A DNA stretch of 64,000 bases, from the NCBI RefSeq assembly GCF_009914755.1, contig NC_060928.1; one strand, 5' to 3'. This DNA comes from the human T2T-CHM13v2.0 reference genome, Homo sapiens. Under the pieces are notes generated by a model, which saw only the letters and a list, made by a program, of their open reading frames with translations, was not told the DNA's origin and did not search any database. The position numbers and the translations under genes were made by a program. The first letter of the stretch is position 1. Each line of letters starts with the position of its first letter. Below, one piece after another: positions 38,100 to 51,807 of this stretch.

Positions 38100-39150
38100 A
38101 ATATGTCCTATATCACTATCTACAAAATAGTCGATTTCCCCAAGGGCAATATGAGCTCACACCAAAATACTAGACACCACAAAATATAATGCCTGAAGAA
38201 AAAACTGTACAATGAAGTCCATCTGAAGTTGAAATACTGTAACTAACAGATGATAACTTAAAACAACAAAAAAATCAATGCATTTAAGTTAAAAAAGAAG
38301 ATTTTATCAAAATAAAATAAGATTGGGAAATAGAAAAAAATCTAAGTAGAACTGTCGTGTTTAAATTATACAGCATTGGAAATTATCTTTCTGTATTAAT
38401 GGATAAAGATATAGATAAATAAAAATTTTCAGGATTAATACACTGAAAAAAAGTGAGTAACTGAAAAATCAGATTGAAGCACGTTTCCACCAAAAAGTAG
38501 CAGAAAATGATGAAATGATATTAAATATAGGATAAAAATACTGAGGAGGGTTATACATATTCCCAAATAGGGAAAATGGTTTTTAAAAAGGAGACACAAC
38601 ATTTGACATATTAATGAATACACACTTTCAAGAATTAAAGAAAGATAACAGTTTTCAAATTAAAAGTAGTCAGAATATAGAAAACATGATAAAATTTATG
38701 TCAAAGAAAAACAAAGAAATAGGAAATCACTTTTAAAAGAACAAAAATCAGATTTACGGCAAACTTCCTAACAGCATCTCCAGATATAGTAAAATGATGA
38801 ATTAATATTTATAAATAATTGAAGGAAAGAACTTTGAGTAGTGAATGTAGGATCAAGGAAATGTTTCATCTATGTATAATAGCCCAACAAAAATATTATG
38901 ACTCATTAGCCTTAAAAGATTTTCCAGGCAAAACTTGATTCAAAACATTGTAACAATAAATAAAACAAATCTTCTACAGACATGAAAAGCAAGAATGATC
39001 AAATAGCTTATTAAAGCTTACTGCCAACTAAAAATAACAACTAAATTAGCTAGAACAAAAATACAGAAAGAGAAATTATAACCACAATAACCAAAATGAT
39101 ATAGACTATGTATACATAAAAGAAGACAGACTAAAGCAACATGAAAGAAG
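38100..39150 (+). mobile_element. Very old L1 ORF1-region / HAL1-like fragment
   Basis: A-rich strand bias; AAAAATCAGATTTACGGCAAACTTCCTAACAGCA..TTGAAGGAAAGAAC resembles the L1 ORF1 3' half. Confidence 0.5.
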
Positions 39151-39479
39151 GCTAACATATTTTCTACTTTTTTTCTATTTTTGTTTTAGTATTCAAATAT
39201 TTTGTCTTGTTTTATATTTCCCTTCCTGAAAAGTATTAAAGACAGCATTGGCTTATTATGTATTCAATACACAACGATTTTTATTTTTTTCTACTGGGGG
39301 TATTCCACTGGAGAGAAAAAAAAAGAAACTTCTACTCTTCCATAGAAAAGCCAACAGGCAAAATTTTAGGAGTATTTTCTCTGAGCTATTCTCCCTTTTC
39401 CTACAACTATTCTTAAACTGCCTGTCATTTTCACCAGCACTTGGACAAATGGCCATGTGCCCATGAATCTGTTTAGTAC

Positions 39480-39700
39480 TATGGAGGCAGAGCCTGAATC
39501 TGGCTTGAGAAAAACTTCTACCAAATGTTCCTCTAGCCACTTAACATTTGCTTGATTTAGGTACAAATTTTTAATTCCTTGGCACTAAATACATTCATCT
39601 GTAAAACAGCAGTAAAGATAACTTTCTTGTGTGCTTTCCAGAGTTTTATAATAATATTTGTGATTGTCATTTACTTTGCAAACTAAAAAAAAGTCCAAAA
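39480..39700 (+). mobile_element. MIR
   Basis: CTCTAGCCACTTAAC..ATTCATCTGTAAAA. Confidence 0.55.
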
Positions 39701-41364
39701 TAGGATGCTTTAATAATATTGTCAGTTTCAATTGCACAACATGCATTAAAGACAATCACTTCATATATTAAATATATCTTTCTAGGTGATTAAGCACTAT
39801 TTATATGTTTATTTATTTATTTTACCCCAAAAATGTCATTCCTGGAGATACCCAGTCTGCTAAAGAACCTGATGGCAGTTCTAGATTCCTTAAGAAATAT
39901 TTACTATTTAAATTTAGATCTAGCCTTTAAGCAACCAAGGAGAAACTATGAACTCTCACGGTAAGTTTGAAAATAAAAAAATAGAGGGGTATATGCAAAT
40001 AGGAAATAAAGAAAATGGAAGGGAAAGAAAAGGAAAAAAAGGGAAAGAAAAATAAATAATTATTACTATTATTACCAAAATCCAGAAAAAGTCTCAATTG
40101 CCCCACAAAATACTCTAGTCTCAGAAGAGCAATAGTTTTTGAGTGCTTCATCTGGCAACTATTTGCCCAGGTGATTATTTTTATGTTCTTAAAAACCTGT
40201 AATTCCTTCTGAGTGGTATCTCATAAACACACCCACATAAATAATTAATTGGGTGTTTTACCATTGTTATTTCACATTTTCTATTAGCATTTATTGATTG
40301 TATAAAATGTCCATTTTGTTTTCCTTTATTACATGGACATTTCTACTCTCTATTTAGTCCATTTACATCCTAATATTTATTCATTCTCAGCAGACCCAGC
40401 TTTGAATAAATGCTGCCACAACTGCCAAACATTTTTACCTGCAAAATCATACAGCAGAAACTATCTGAGATATAGATACAAAAAATTAGACGTTTATCTT
40501 ATTTTCACAAGCTAACTAGTAATTCAGTGGAATAGACAATTTATAAGAAGAAGAACTGAATACATATAAAGGGGTAAAGTTATGAAAGTTAAAATGAAAG
40601 AGTTGCATTAGAAATGCTGATTGAGAGAAAACTTTAGGAAGCCATAATACTAAGAAACAATCTACTTAATGAAAAGCTCTTTCTAACTTTTACAACATGG
40701 GTAGAAAGATGTATGTAGTGGGTCTGTAGATGACAAAACTTCAGGAATATGGGGGAGAAAGAGCTTGATTATTTGGCTTAGTTGGTGATAAAGGCAGTAA
40801 AATCCCCTTCAGTATTAAAAGGTATAGTCATTCCATGGCATGTAGTCACAAAATAGAAAAATAAATTATTGCTAATGGGTACCTAGCAGTGGGACACTTT
40901 ACTGAAGTGTCTATTAAAGATGAGACTCTGGGAAACACATGTCTGTTGCCATAGAGAATAAAGTGTGCCAGTAATTCAAAGACCATGGGTCAGAGTGGCC
41001 ATTTATAAAAGATAACACAGCCTTGAAAATATTGTGTGATAAATCCTTGAGATAATCTCTATCTGTGCTAAATAGACCTCTATCTGTCACAGCCATAGGG
41101 CTGATTAACCAAAACCCAAATGCACAGTTTGTTCCCACTGATTGGGTGGATAGCATTGATTGCACTCACAGTCTTGCCAGATGCTTACTGTAACAGTTAG
41201 GACATGCTCAGGGAAAAAGTGAGAAGGAATGAGATCCTTAGAATCATGTATTTGAGAATTTCAGAAGATGTGATACAACCATACACTTCAACTCATCCTC
41301 TTATCCCTTACAAGTAACCGTTTATTACCTAGTTGATTAGGCGGTATCTCCCTTTCCAGAAAAT

Positions 41365-41500
41365 TTTTCAAAATCTATGCTTGGGTATCCACCCAAGAGA
41401 CCTTAATTTAATTGATTTGGAGTGTGACTTGGGCATTAATAATTTTTACAAGCCTCACAAGTAACTATAGTGTGCCTCAATGGTTGAGATTCATGGACTC
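41365..41500. mobile_element. MER5-like hAT-Charlie fragment
   Basis: CCACCCAAGAGA..ATTTAATTGATTTGGAGTGTGACTTGGGCATT..TTTACAAGC..GGTTGAGA. Confidence 0.6.
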
Positions 41501-44339
41501 AGAGGGTTTTTGTTTGTTTGTTTGTTTTTGTTTTTCCTAATGAGCGAACTGGAATAGCTGGGAGCAGTTTTAATTGCTTTCTTCCCTGCTTGGTTGGTTG
41601 ACTGAAACCCAATTCACCTATGGTGCTGAGCAAATTAAGTTGAGACGCCAAACATTCTTTAATATTAGCAAAGGAAAGAATACAAAGAGTATGGAGGATG
41701 GGAATGCTGGAGTGATTTTAACATATGTGACATGTACATTCTTTTCTGAAATTTATAAATTTTTGCAAGTCATTGCATTTCTTCTTTATAAAATGAGTTA
41801 ATAAAGTTACTTTTCTCCTGGGTCTATTGTGAGAATTAAATAGTATATATTGTATATGTCTATATAAATAATATATGTGGATTACATATGTATAAATATA
41901 TTGTAAATTATAATATTTCTAACTATTAGCAATAGTCATGCTAATGCACATAATAAAAATGATGAAAAGCCCCAAGAGAAAAAGTGGACAACTTTTTATC
42001 AGGACCTTAAGAAATATATTGGGGAAGGTTACGTCAACATCATATTGAGAAATATTTTAGGCCAAGGATTTCAATAAGCATGAAAGAGAATCCTAAGGTG
42101 TTAGAAGGAAAGTAATAACACTTAACTGCCAGAGGTACGATTGAAATAATTACCATAATAAGCAATAGAGACAGAATGGTAAATTCAAATTACGATTCAC
42201 ATTGACTTTTGTTTTGAGCTAATTGGTCTTGTAGTCAATTAGAATAAAATAGATGTCTTACAAGGTCATACTTATTTATAATAAACAACAAGAAAAGAAT
42301 CGGGTAAGAGGGTTAGATCTGGCTTTGAGCCACTGTGGCAGACAATCATGGTTTCTTACTCAATTCTCAGATCCAGCATAATGACTTATGGCTATTTATC
42401 AATTTCACTTTGCACTATGAAAAGAAAATACCTTAATGTTTCCCAGATATTGACATTAATTTCTGGAGAACCAAAGACCACTACTTGCTACTTTCCACTG
42501 GTTAAAATAATGGAGTATGGCAATTGGATCCAACAGAATACCAAGCATCTTGCTTTGAAATTTCCTGAGTATTCAGCCTAGGTATCTTCATCAAATGAAG
42601 GGTTTGACCTACTGGCTTTCTGATTCCTTCAAGAAATTCTACATATAAGTAAAGAGGTAAGAGGATGATTGGTTGACACAAACAGTTTTGGGAAAAACAT
42701 ACTTAAAAATTACCATTTGGCATAAATACAGAGTAGGATAGTATTTACCTATTTGAATGATTACTAAAAATTCCCCAATAAAGAGGGAAAAATGGCCTTC
42801 CTGTGGATTCAAGTTAGCCATTTTTTCCACAGCTAGCTCAATTTTACCCAATGAAATCATTAACTACATGTATATATTGACAGAGGTGGAGATCGTGTGA
42901 GGTGGACGGCATCCCCTGCCTTATCCAAGGTGAAACTGGTTATTGTTTTAAAGTTACTTAATAGTCCAGCAGCAGTGACCAAAGCAAAGCAGCTGATAGA
43001 ATATCATATTCCTCTACAAAGAAGAGATAGTTGATCGCTTTGGACCCATGCCATCATAAAGAGGCTTTTTAATTCTATCATGTTGTTAAGTGTAGGATAT
43101 TTTACATATATTATGATATCCCACACAGCAGCACTACTTAAAAATAGTAACTCTGCAGTGAACAAAGTAAGGCAATAGCTTATGCCCATGGAATGCACTG
43201 CTTAATTCATGTTCTAATTCACTCAGATGATGCCAAATCATGAAAAAAGAGAAATGTTACATTTAAGATTCCTTCAAAGTTTGGGATGACATCTTGAAGA
43301 ATGAATTGCATGCTCTGGACAAACTGGTGCTGTTTTTTTCATATCCCAAATACTATAGGTACATAATGGAGCAGAAATGTAGCTGATACATTTTATGATT
43401 TTCTCCAGTGATTTCTTTCCAAAATTATTACCTCCTCTTCCAGCATCTAGGGGTGCTATAGAGTTAAATGTTTTAGCAATTAGAAGGGTAATGTTTCAAA
43501 TAGGAGACAATAGGATTCCTTTTAATTTAGAAGAGAAGATTCTACCTAGTTCTTTTGGTACTTTCATCTCTTAAATACGCATGAAAAAGAAAAACTAGAA
43601 GAGGGTGTTACCATTGTCTCAGGAGCAAGTCTGGCTAAAATCAGGGACAGCGTAGGACTGTAACACTGGCCGTAAGAAGTATGAAGAGGAGAAAAGGGAA
43701 CGTCTTGAGGTCTTCCTTTATTCTACCAATGACTAGTGCAAAATGTCATGGAAATAATTCGCCTTTATACAGAGACCCTAACAAAAAGATATCAGTTATC
43801 TCAGCAATGAAAGTTTCAGTCACTGTATTACGTGAAAAACTTAGGCCACCTGGGTGTTGCTTGAAAACAAAGAGAATGTAGAAAGGGGTGAGAGGTTCAG
43901 CACCATAAAGCAAGGCTATAGGTTTGTAATCAACTGCAGAAATGAGGACTTTTTGACACTCATAGATCATCTTCTCTTTAGTTTCGTGTATATATTACAT
44001 ACTTGAGGTAATTTCTTTTCTTTAAACAGAAATAGATAAGTATGTCACCAAGAAATATGGGGCATGTACCTGGACATGCTATTGGGTCCTTTGATGATAC
44101 TTTGGGTATTTTTCCTTTGGGTAAGAGGAGTAAGCATATGTTGGGTTGAGTGTGGCAATATGTTATGGACAATAAATTTTATTTTTATTTCAGAAGTATT
44201 ACAGGAAAAGGAATATATTAGATTTGGGGGTGGAAACAGATTAAAATGAATTGAATCTTGTAATAGATTTTACTATGGGTTCCAAAATTTGTAAACTTTC
44301 TGAATTTTGCAGTGATTCTACACAAAATGAGGACTGATG

Positions 44340-44805
44340 AAACATAAAAGCTATCATCTAATACAACAGCTAGGAAGTCTACTTGTTTGTTCTAACCACA
44401 CACCCACATTCACGCACCAGCGCAAATTCCAGAGAGCTACAGACAAATGACAGACTCAATCTGCTGATCCTACTCAGGATTTTTAACCTGGAACAAGCAA
44501 TTTAAAGAAGCAGATTTGAGAACTAGTCCTTCTAGTGGAAATACAATAGCAGCATAAGCTGTATTCAGCAATGGGAGTCAGTGATGGTCAAAATGACATT
44601 AGCATCTGCAGAGGCAGGGGCTTCCACAGAATGTTTTCTTTAGGTGACTTTGTCTGTGTTCCCTGCCATCTAAAACTTCTAAATTTGGGCCAATTTTTTG
44701 AACATGAGTTTTATCTTCCCAATTATTCTGAGATCTACCAAATATCATCTAACAAAGTATTTATATGTCTAAATTAACGGGAGTAAAATTAAGAAGTTTG
44801 CCATG
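44340..44805 (+). mobile_element. Old ERVL/MaLR LTR fragment (LTR33-like)
   Basis: CTCAGGATTTTTAACCTGG and a 3' end resembling ..AATAAATT..CTTAAGTTAGCCAGAGT. Confidence 0.4.
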
Positions 44806-44863
44806 TGATATAAATATAAATGTACATAGGGTGAAATGAATCCTGATGTTGGTAAAAGGCATT

Positions 44864-45119
44864 TAGCACTTTGGGAGGCCAAGGGGTGGATCGCCTGAGG
44901 CCAGGAGTTTGAGAACAGCCTGGCCAACATGGTGAAACCTCGTCTCTACTAAAAATACAAAAATTAGCCAGGTGTGGTGACACGCACCTGTAGTCCCAGC
45001 TATTTGGAGGCTGAGGTGTGGGAATTGCTTGAACCCAGGAGGTGGAGGTTGCAGTGAGCTAACCTCAAACCTCAAACCAGAGCAAGACGCTGTCCACCCC
45101 CCTCCCTCAAAAAAAAAAA
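44864..45119 (+). mobile_element. 5'-truncated AluS with a replaced segment in the right arm
   Basis: AGCACTTTGGGAGGCC ... GTTGCAGTGAGCT AACCTCAAACCTCAAA CCAGAGCAAGAC, then A tail. Confidence 0.9.
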
Positions 45120-45982
45120 GCAACATAGCAACAACAGTAAAATACTTCAATTGTGATTGACCTTGGAGATATACACTGGGACTGCTTCCTTTTCTTAGAA
45201 GAGTGAGCTGAAGGTTAGAAGTGATAGAATTTACTTAAAATGAGTAACTAAAAATAACAAATTGAGCATTTACAATGTAGTAAGAAGGGACCCGGCTGAG
45301 TACTTCAAATGCATCATTTTGTTTAATCCTAAAAAATATTTTGAGAAAGTTATTATTTTTATATAAATTTATTATTTATTTTAGACTGGGTATTTTATTT
45401 TTCTTAGCTTATCTGCTGTAACTCTTAAAGGTGTTGTTTTAGTAGCTGCATTAGGATTTATGCTCCACATTTCAAACTTTTTAAAGTCTCCCATCAAGTG
45501 ATATTATAGTAATTCATGTAAAATATGAGAATTGTATGTCATATAAGGTTTGGTCTTTTGACTTTGTGTTTTTAAGCTTTGTTGGGGGAACAATAGTATA
45601 CTTTATTTCTCTTCTCTTAGCCTTTGTGCTATGGTTGTTGTGCACTTTTATACATATGTTATAAACCCCATAATACATTGTTATTATTTTAATTTAAAAA
45701 ATCAATGATCTTTCATAGGGATTTAAATAATAAGAAAAAAAAGTATCACTCCTATAGCTACCAGCTCTGGTGCTCTTCACTACTTTTGTAGATACAGACT
45801 TTCATCTTGCATAATTTTCTCTCTGCCTGTAGAATTGCACTGAACATTTCTTATTCTTGGGACTAGAATTATTAAATTTCTTTCTTTTTTGTGTCTGAAA
45901 AAGTTCCTGCTTTTGTGTTTGAAAGATATTTTCATTGATATAGAATTCTGGATTGATGTATTTTAGAAATCTCGATCATTGT

Positions 45983-46578
45983 TGTATACCAAAGAACTTT
46001 TTCTTGCCCAAGAAGAAATCTAGTTTTTGATCTCCACTCATGAAAAGTAGCATCTAAACCTTTGGAACATCCTGCTGAAAACTGTCTTTGTTTAGCTGGG
46101 AGCATTGGGCAATGCCCATTATTCTGACAATGTAATTTATGGTGGGAGCTGTAGTTTATGCAGTATCAGTTTGATCTCTGGAGGGGCTGTGACTTGAAGT
46201 AATCCATGTGAGCAGTTAACCATGTCCCCATGATCAAGTTTCAGTAAAGTCTTTAGACACCAATGAGCTGGGGACCTTTCTTGGTTGGCAATACTCTTCA
46301 TGTTCATTGTAACACAACATTGACAGGAAAGGTAGCATTGTATGCAAATTCTCTGGGAGAGGACAATTCCATGTGTGGAACTTTCCTGGACTCTTCCCCA
46401 TGCATCTCTTCTTTTATTTTCATCTTTTTGTTGTTGTTGTTGTTGCTGTTGCTGTAATAAACCATGACTATGTTAAGTACAAGAGCTCTCTGTGAGTTTT
46501 GAGTCCACTATGTAAATTATCAAAATTGAGGGTCATCTTGGGGACTCCCACACTTGAAATTGGTGTCAAAAGTGAGGA
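45983..46578 (+). mobile_element. MER77/MER21-family ERVL LTR
   Basis: CTTGCCCAAG..TGTCTTTGTTT..GGTTGGCAATACTC..CTGGGAGAGGACAA..GCTGTAATAAACC..TTATCAAAATTGAGGG. Confidence 0.75.
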
Positions 46579-47358
46579 CAGCCAGTGATTTGAAATATTT
46601 TCAAATTTTACAACTGTCTTCTGGTTGCATTGTTACATGAAGATTTGTTGCTATTTTTATCTTTTTTTCTCTGTATGTCATGTTTTTTACCTTTGTTTGC
46701 TTTTACGCTTTCCTCTCTTTTTACTGGTTGTAAGCAATGTGGTCATGTATATTTCTTCTATGTTCCTTGTGTTTGTGCTTAATAACTTTTTGATATGTGT
46801 GTTTATAGTTTCAACAAATTTGGGTTATTTTTAGACTTTTTTTTTTTTTTAAAAAAGGTTTTTTGTTCCCCCCTTCTTTAGGGACTCTAATTAAATATAT
46901 CAGGCCACTTGGCATTGTCCAAATAACTTATGTTTTGTTCTTTTTTTTAAGTAGTTTTCTTTCCGTGTTTAATTTTGGGTTGTTTTTATTGTTACTTCTT
47001 TAAATTCACTACTCTTTTCTTATGTAATATCTAATCTACTGTTAATCTCATCCTGTGTATTTTTCATCTCATACTTTGCACTTCTAGAGATTACTTTGGT
47101 TTATTTCACATGTTCCATGTCACTACTTAACATCATCAATTCTTTTCTTCTAGCTTCTTGAACAAATATAACATAGTTTTATAATTTTTTTAATGCCCTT
47201 ATTAACTAATTCATCATTTATTTTATTTCTGGACCCATTTTGAGTTGTCACTTTGTATCTTTATTGCATGGCTAGTAACTTTTTTACTTTATGCCAGACT
47301 TTGCAATCTATCTTGTTGGGTGCTAAGTATTTTGCATTGTTATACATATACTTTAGTG

Positions 47359-47693
47359 TTTTTTTTTGTTTTATATATTATTTATTTATTTATTTGTTTT
47401 TTGAGACAGGGTCTCACTCTGTCACCCAGGCTGAAGTGCAATGGCATGATCTTGACTCACTGCAGCCTTAACCTCCTGGGCTCAAGTGATCATCTCACCT
47501 CAGCCTGCTGAGTACCTGGGATTACAGGCACACGCCACCATACCCAGCTAATTTTTGTTTTTTTTTTTTTTTTTGTAGAGAAGTGGTTTTGCTATGTTAC
47601 CCAGGATGGTTTTGAACTCCTGAGCTTAAGCAATCCTCCCACCTCAGCCTCCCAAAGTGCTGGAATTACAGGCGTGAGCCACTACACCCAGCC
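47359..47693 (-). mobile_element. AluJ
   Basis: GAGACAGGGTCTCACTCTGTC..CCTGGGCTCAAGTGATC; flanks ATACTTTAG/ATACTTGAG. Confidence 0.92.
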
Positions 47694-47731
47694 ATACTTG
47701 AGTTTTTTTGGTCTGGAATACAGCTATGTGA

Positions 47732-48054
<323 letters not shown>

Positions 48055-49999
48055 TCACTTCTCGGTTTTAAGCTTTGTTGGGTGGGGCAAGAGTAGCGTT
48101 TAGTGGAGGATAATTTTATCTCACTATTGAGGAAAAAAATTTTGGATGCCCCATAAATTGTGAGAATTTCCACTGTGGTGGGTGGTAACAAGAACTAGTC
48201 TATGTCCTTTACAGGAAGGGAGCGTACTCCTGTTCAGGAAGAGCACTGCTGATCAGTATTTTTCTGAAGACTCATACAAAACTCTGTGCAGAATTCCAGC
48301 ACTGTCTCTGTGCAGCTCTCTTTTCTTCGTGTTCTACTCTGTGAATCCTAGCAGCTTAACCTCTCAAACAGTAAGCTTTATCTTCTCAATTCAATGGGGC
48401 TACTCAAAGACTCCTCTCCCTGTGCCAAAGACAAGAAATTCTCTCAAGGGTGAAAGCTTGAATAATCATAGTGCTCATTTTATTTTATTTCTATCTCTCA
48501 GGGACTACTGCCTTTTGCTGTTTAAGACTTTTGTTGCCTAAGAGTACTGCCTTTTCATATCCATTGCATGGAATAATTGATTTAATACATTTTGTATATT
48601 TTTAGTTATTTCAAGTGTGAAATATAGCCAGTCCCATTTTTTAATGTTTAACAAAAGTGATAGTCTATAATTTTAAATATATTTTAAAAACAATTTTGTA
48701 CATACTTTAGTAATGATGCACCAACAGGTTAAAGAGTTTACACAAGATTATAGGGCTAAAGAGAAGTTATAAGGGGTTCAAACCCAGGGTATCTGACTTA
48801 CATTTAAAACTTGACGTTTTATTTTCAAAGAGTGCAGTAAGTTTTAGAGAGTATTAAAATGAAGATTACTGACATATATCATGGTGCTCATTTCACTAGA
48901 TTATATCATGTTTATCCTCTGAAATAGCATTATTAGTGTTTTTAATGACACTTTAACAGAAAGATGCCATTTGATAAAATTCACCTAATATCCATAGAAG
49001 GCACAATGCTCATTCAGCACTCAAAAATCATTATTCCAGCTACTATAATTACCATACTGTAACAGAGTTTTCTCTGGAAATTGGTATAAGTTAAATAACT
49101 GGACCATTCTCTCCAGTGCTTACCTGTTTTCAATCTGATAAAGAAAATCAATAGCCAGGTTAGTAAGCAAATATTTGGCAAGCAATGCATTTCTAATAAT
49201 GAAACTGATAATTATACTTCTTTCATAGAGCTGTAATTGAATGAATTTAATTGCCTCTTCCGTTTAACTTTAATGCTAGGTTTCAAATTGTTGTATGGAC
49301 AGGAAAGTAACATTAGAAAAATTACTCTACTGTTGCTTTCTTTTCTATACAGTGGTTTGAACTCAAGCAATAAAGTTAAATGAAAAAGGCTCTATACTCA
49401 ATTTTCAATTATAGTAAAGGCAGGGAGCCACAATTATCCCTTTCATTACCATGATGCTTTTCATTGCTGCCTAGGAAACTTCCTCCCTGTTGTTGTTTGA
49501 TGCTGCTGTGCTTCTCAAAATGAAGAGCACTTGAAAATGGAAGGTTAAAAGTAAGGAACCAAATCAAAGGGAAAATGTGAAAATGTAAAAATTGACATTA
49601 TCAAGATGAAATGGTGAAGAAAAATATGTGAATTGATAAATTGACTTTCAGAAACTCTATGGGGGATGGAGAAACTTTGAAAGATTTAACCAATCTTTAT
49701 TTCAAATTTTGTGATTATAATTTAGCTATTTAAAATTTTAAAATCGTCAAGCAATATTTGTTAATTTCAATTAGAATATTTTCATCAGTTTTCAAATGAA
49801 CATCTAGTAGTTTTCTACATTATGGTAATTTCTCAAGAAATTAATCCCAAGAGCCTTTAATTAGGCTTTTTCTTCAGTCACTTGTTTCACTGTCTAGTTC
49901 CATATATTTATTCTGAATTGTTGTCCATGCTAGTAATATGTCATATTAACTTCTTTATTTTGAGAGTTTTTTATTCTAAACACTAAATTGCTAAGTACT

Positions 50000-50152
50000 T
50001 GTCTTAGTCAGTTCAGATTGCTAAAAAATAATAATTCAGAAGGGCTCCATCCAGTGTCCTCATGGACCTCTCAAAGCTCCACCTCCAAACATCATTATGT
50101 TGGAGATTTAGGCTTCAAAATATGACTTTAATGAGGATACATTCAGGTAGCA
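50000..50152 (-). mobile_element. Internally deleted MST/MLT1A-type LTR
   Basis: Both ends present (TGTCTTAGTCAGTTCAG; CTCCACCTCCAAAC..GATACATTCAG) within ~150 bp. Confidence 0.6.
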
Positions 50153-50473
50153 GTAATTAATAACATTACTCTGCTATTTAAAAATTAACATGGCTAACTG
50201 CTAATCAAACTTTTGTCTTAAAAAGTAGCCACAGAGATACAAATTTTAATGATAAAAATAATGAGTAAGAATAATGATGAGTCTTGACTCTTGATTGTCC
50301 TTTTCCTAAGAAATCTGAAATTAAGTACCTAGCCCATTAGTTTATTAAACTGGCCTGAATACAGTGAAATGGGAAGTATGGGATTAAAACCCACACAGAA
50401 CACAAACACACACATGTGCATGCAGACATCTCATACATACATGTATGCACATTCATGCACTTTGCTAATTATT

Positions 50474-50600
50474 ATAAGTAAAAATTATTCACTCAGATCT
50501 ACCAGAGATGTGTTAGTACATGATGCTTCTACAAAACAACCAGGGTTTAAGAGGTTATAGTGTATCCCTACAGAAGGGTTTATGCTCAACTCTCTGAGAA
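50474..50600 (+). repeat. 127-bp direct repeat, copy 1
   Basis: Identical to 51681-51807 except at 2 positions. Confidence 0.97.
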
Positions 50601-50612
50601 TTAGCCGAGAAT

Positions 50613-51680
50613 TATCGGGGGAAACTGCCCCCGATAATTCAACGTGGGTCCTTTTCTATTTTTCCTAAGTGTCGGCCAGTCTGAGAAATAAAGGGAAAGA
50701 GTACAAAAGGGAGAAATTTTAAAGCTGGGTGTCCGGGGGAGACATCACACATCAGCAGGTTCCGTGATGCCCCCAAGCTGCAAAACCAGCAAGTTTTTAT
50801 TAGTGATTTTCAAAAGGGGAGGGAGTGTACAAATAGGGTGTGGGTCACAGAGATCACATGCTTCACAAGGTAATAAAATATTACAAGGCAAATGGAGGCA
50901 GGGCGAGATCACAGGACCACAGGACTGGGGCGAAATTAAAATTGCTAATGAAGTTTCGGGCACACATTGTCATTGATAACATCTTATCAGGAGACAGGGT
51001 TTGAGAGCAGACAACCAGTCTGACCAAAATTTATTAGGTGGGAATTTCCTCATCCTAATAGGCCTGGGAGCGCTACGGGAGACTGGGGCTTATTTCATCC
51101 ATTATCTGGGAGCGTAAAAGACAGACGCCACCAGAGCGGCCATTTTAGAGACCTCCCCCTAGGAATGCATTCTCTTTCTCAGGGATGTTCCTTGCTGAGA
51201 AAAAGAATTCAGCGATATTTCTCCTATTTGCTTTTGTAAGAAGAGAAATGTAGCTCTGTTCTGCCAGGCTCTCAGGTAGCCAGACCTAACGGTTATCTCC
51301 CTTGTTCCCTGAACATTGCTGTTATCCTGTTCTTTTTTCAAGGTGCCCAGATTTCATATTGTTTAAACGATTTGTGCAGTTAACACAATCATCACAGGGT
51401 CCTGAGGCGACATACATCCTCAGTTTATGAAGATGATGAGATTAAGAGATTAAAGTAAAGAGAGGCATAGGAAATCACAAGAATATTGATTGGGGAAGTG
51501 ATAAGTGTCCATGAAATATTCACAATTTATGTTCAGAGACTGCAGTAAAGACAGGTGTAAGAAATTATAAAAGTATTAATTTGGGGAACTAATAAATGTC
51601 TATGAAACCTTCACAATTTATGTTCTTCTGCCATGGCTTCAGCTGGTCCCTTCATTCAGGGTCCCTGACTTCCCACAACA
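50613..51680 (-). mobile_element. MER11C-like (HERV-K11/HML-8) solo LTR
   Basis: Minus-strand start TGTTGTGGGAAGTCAGGGACC, duplicated GAACATAAATTGTGAA blocks, end GGGGCAGTTTCCCCCGATA; 1068 bp. Confidence 0.93.
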
Positions 51681-51807
51681 ATAAGTAAAAATTATTCACT
51701 CAGATCTACCAGAGATGTGTTAGTACATGATGCTTCTACAAAACAACCAGGGTTTACGAGGTTATAGTGTAACCCTACAGAAGGGTTTATGCTCAACTCT
51801 CTGAGAA
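51681..51807 (+). repeat. 127-bp direct repeat, copy 2
   Basis: Starts immediately after the MER11 terminus; matches 50474-50600. Confidence 0.97.

Noticed and set aside
40540-41200. Possible old retroviral internal sequence
   Set aside because: No recognisable gag/pol/env motif in any frame.
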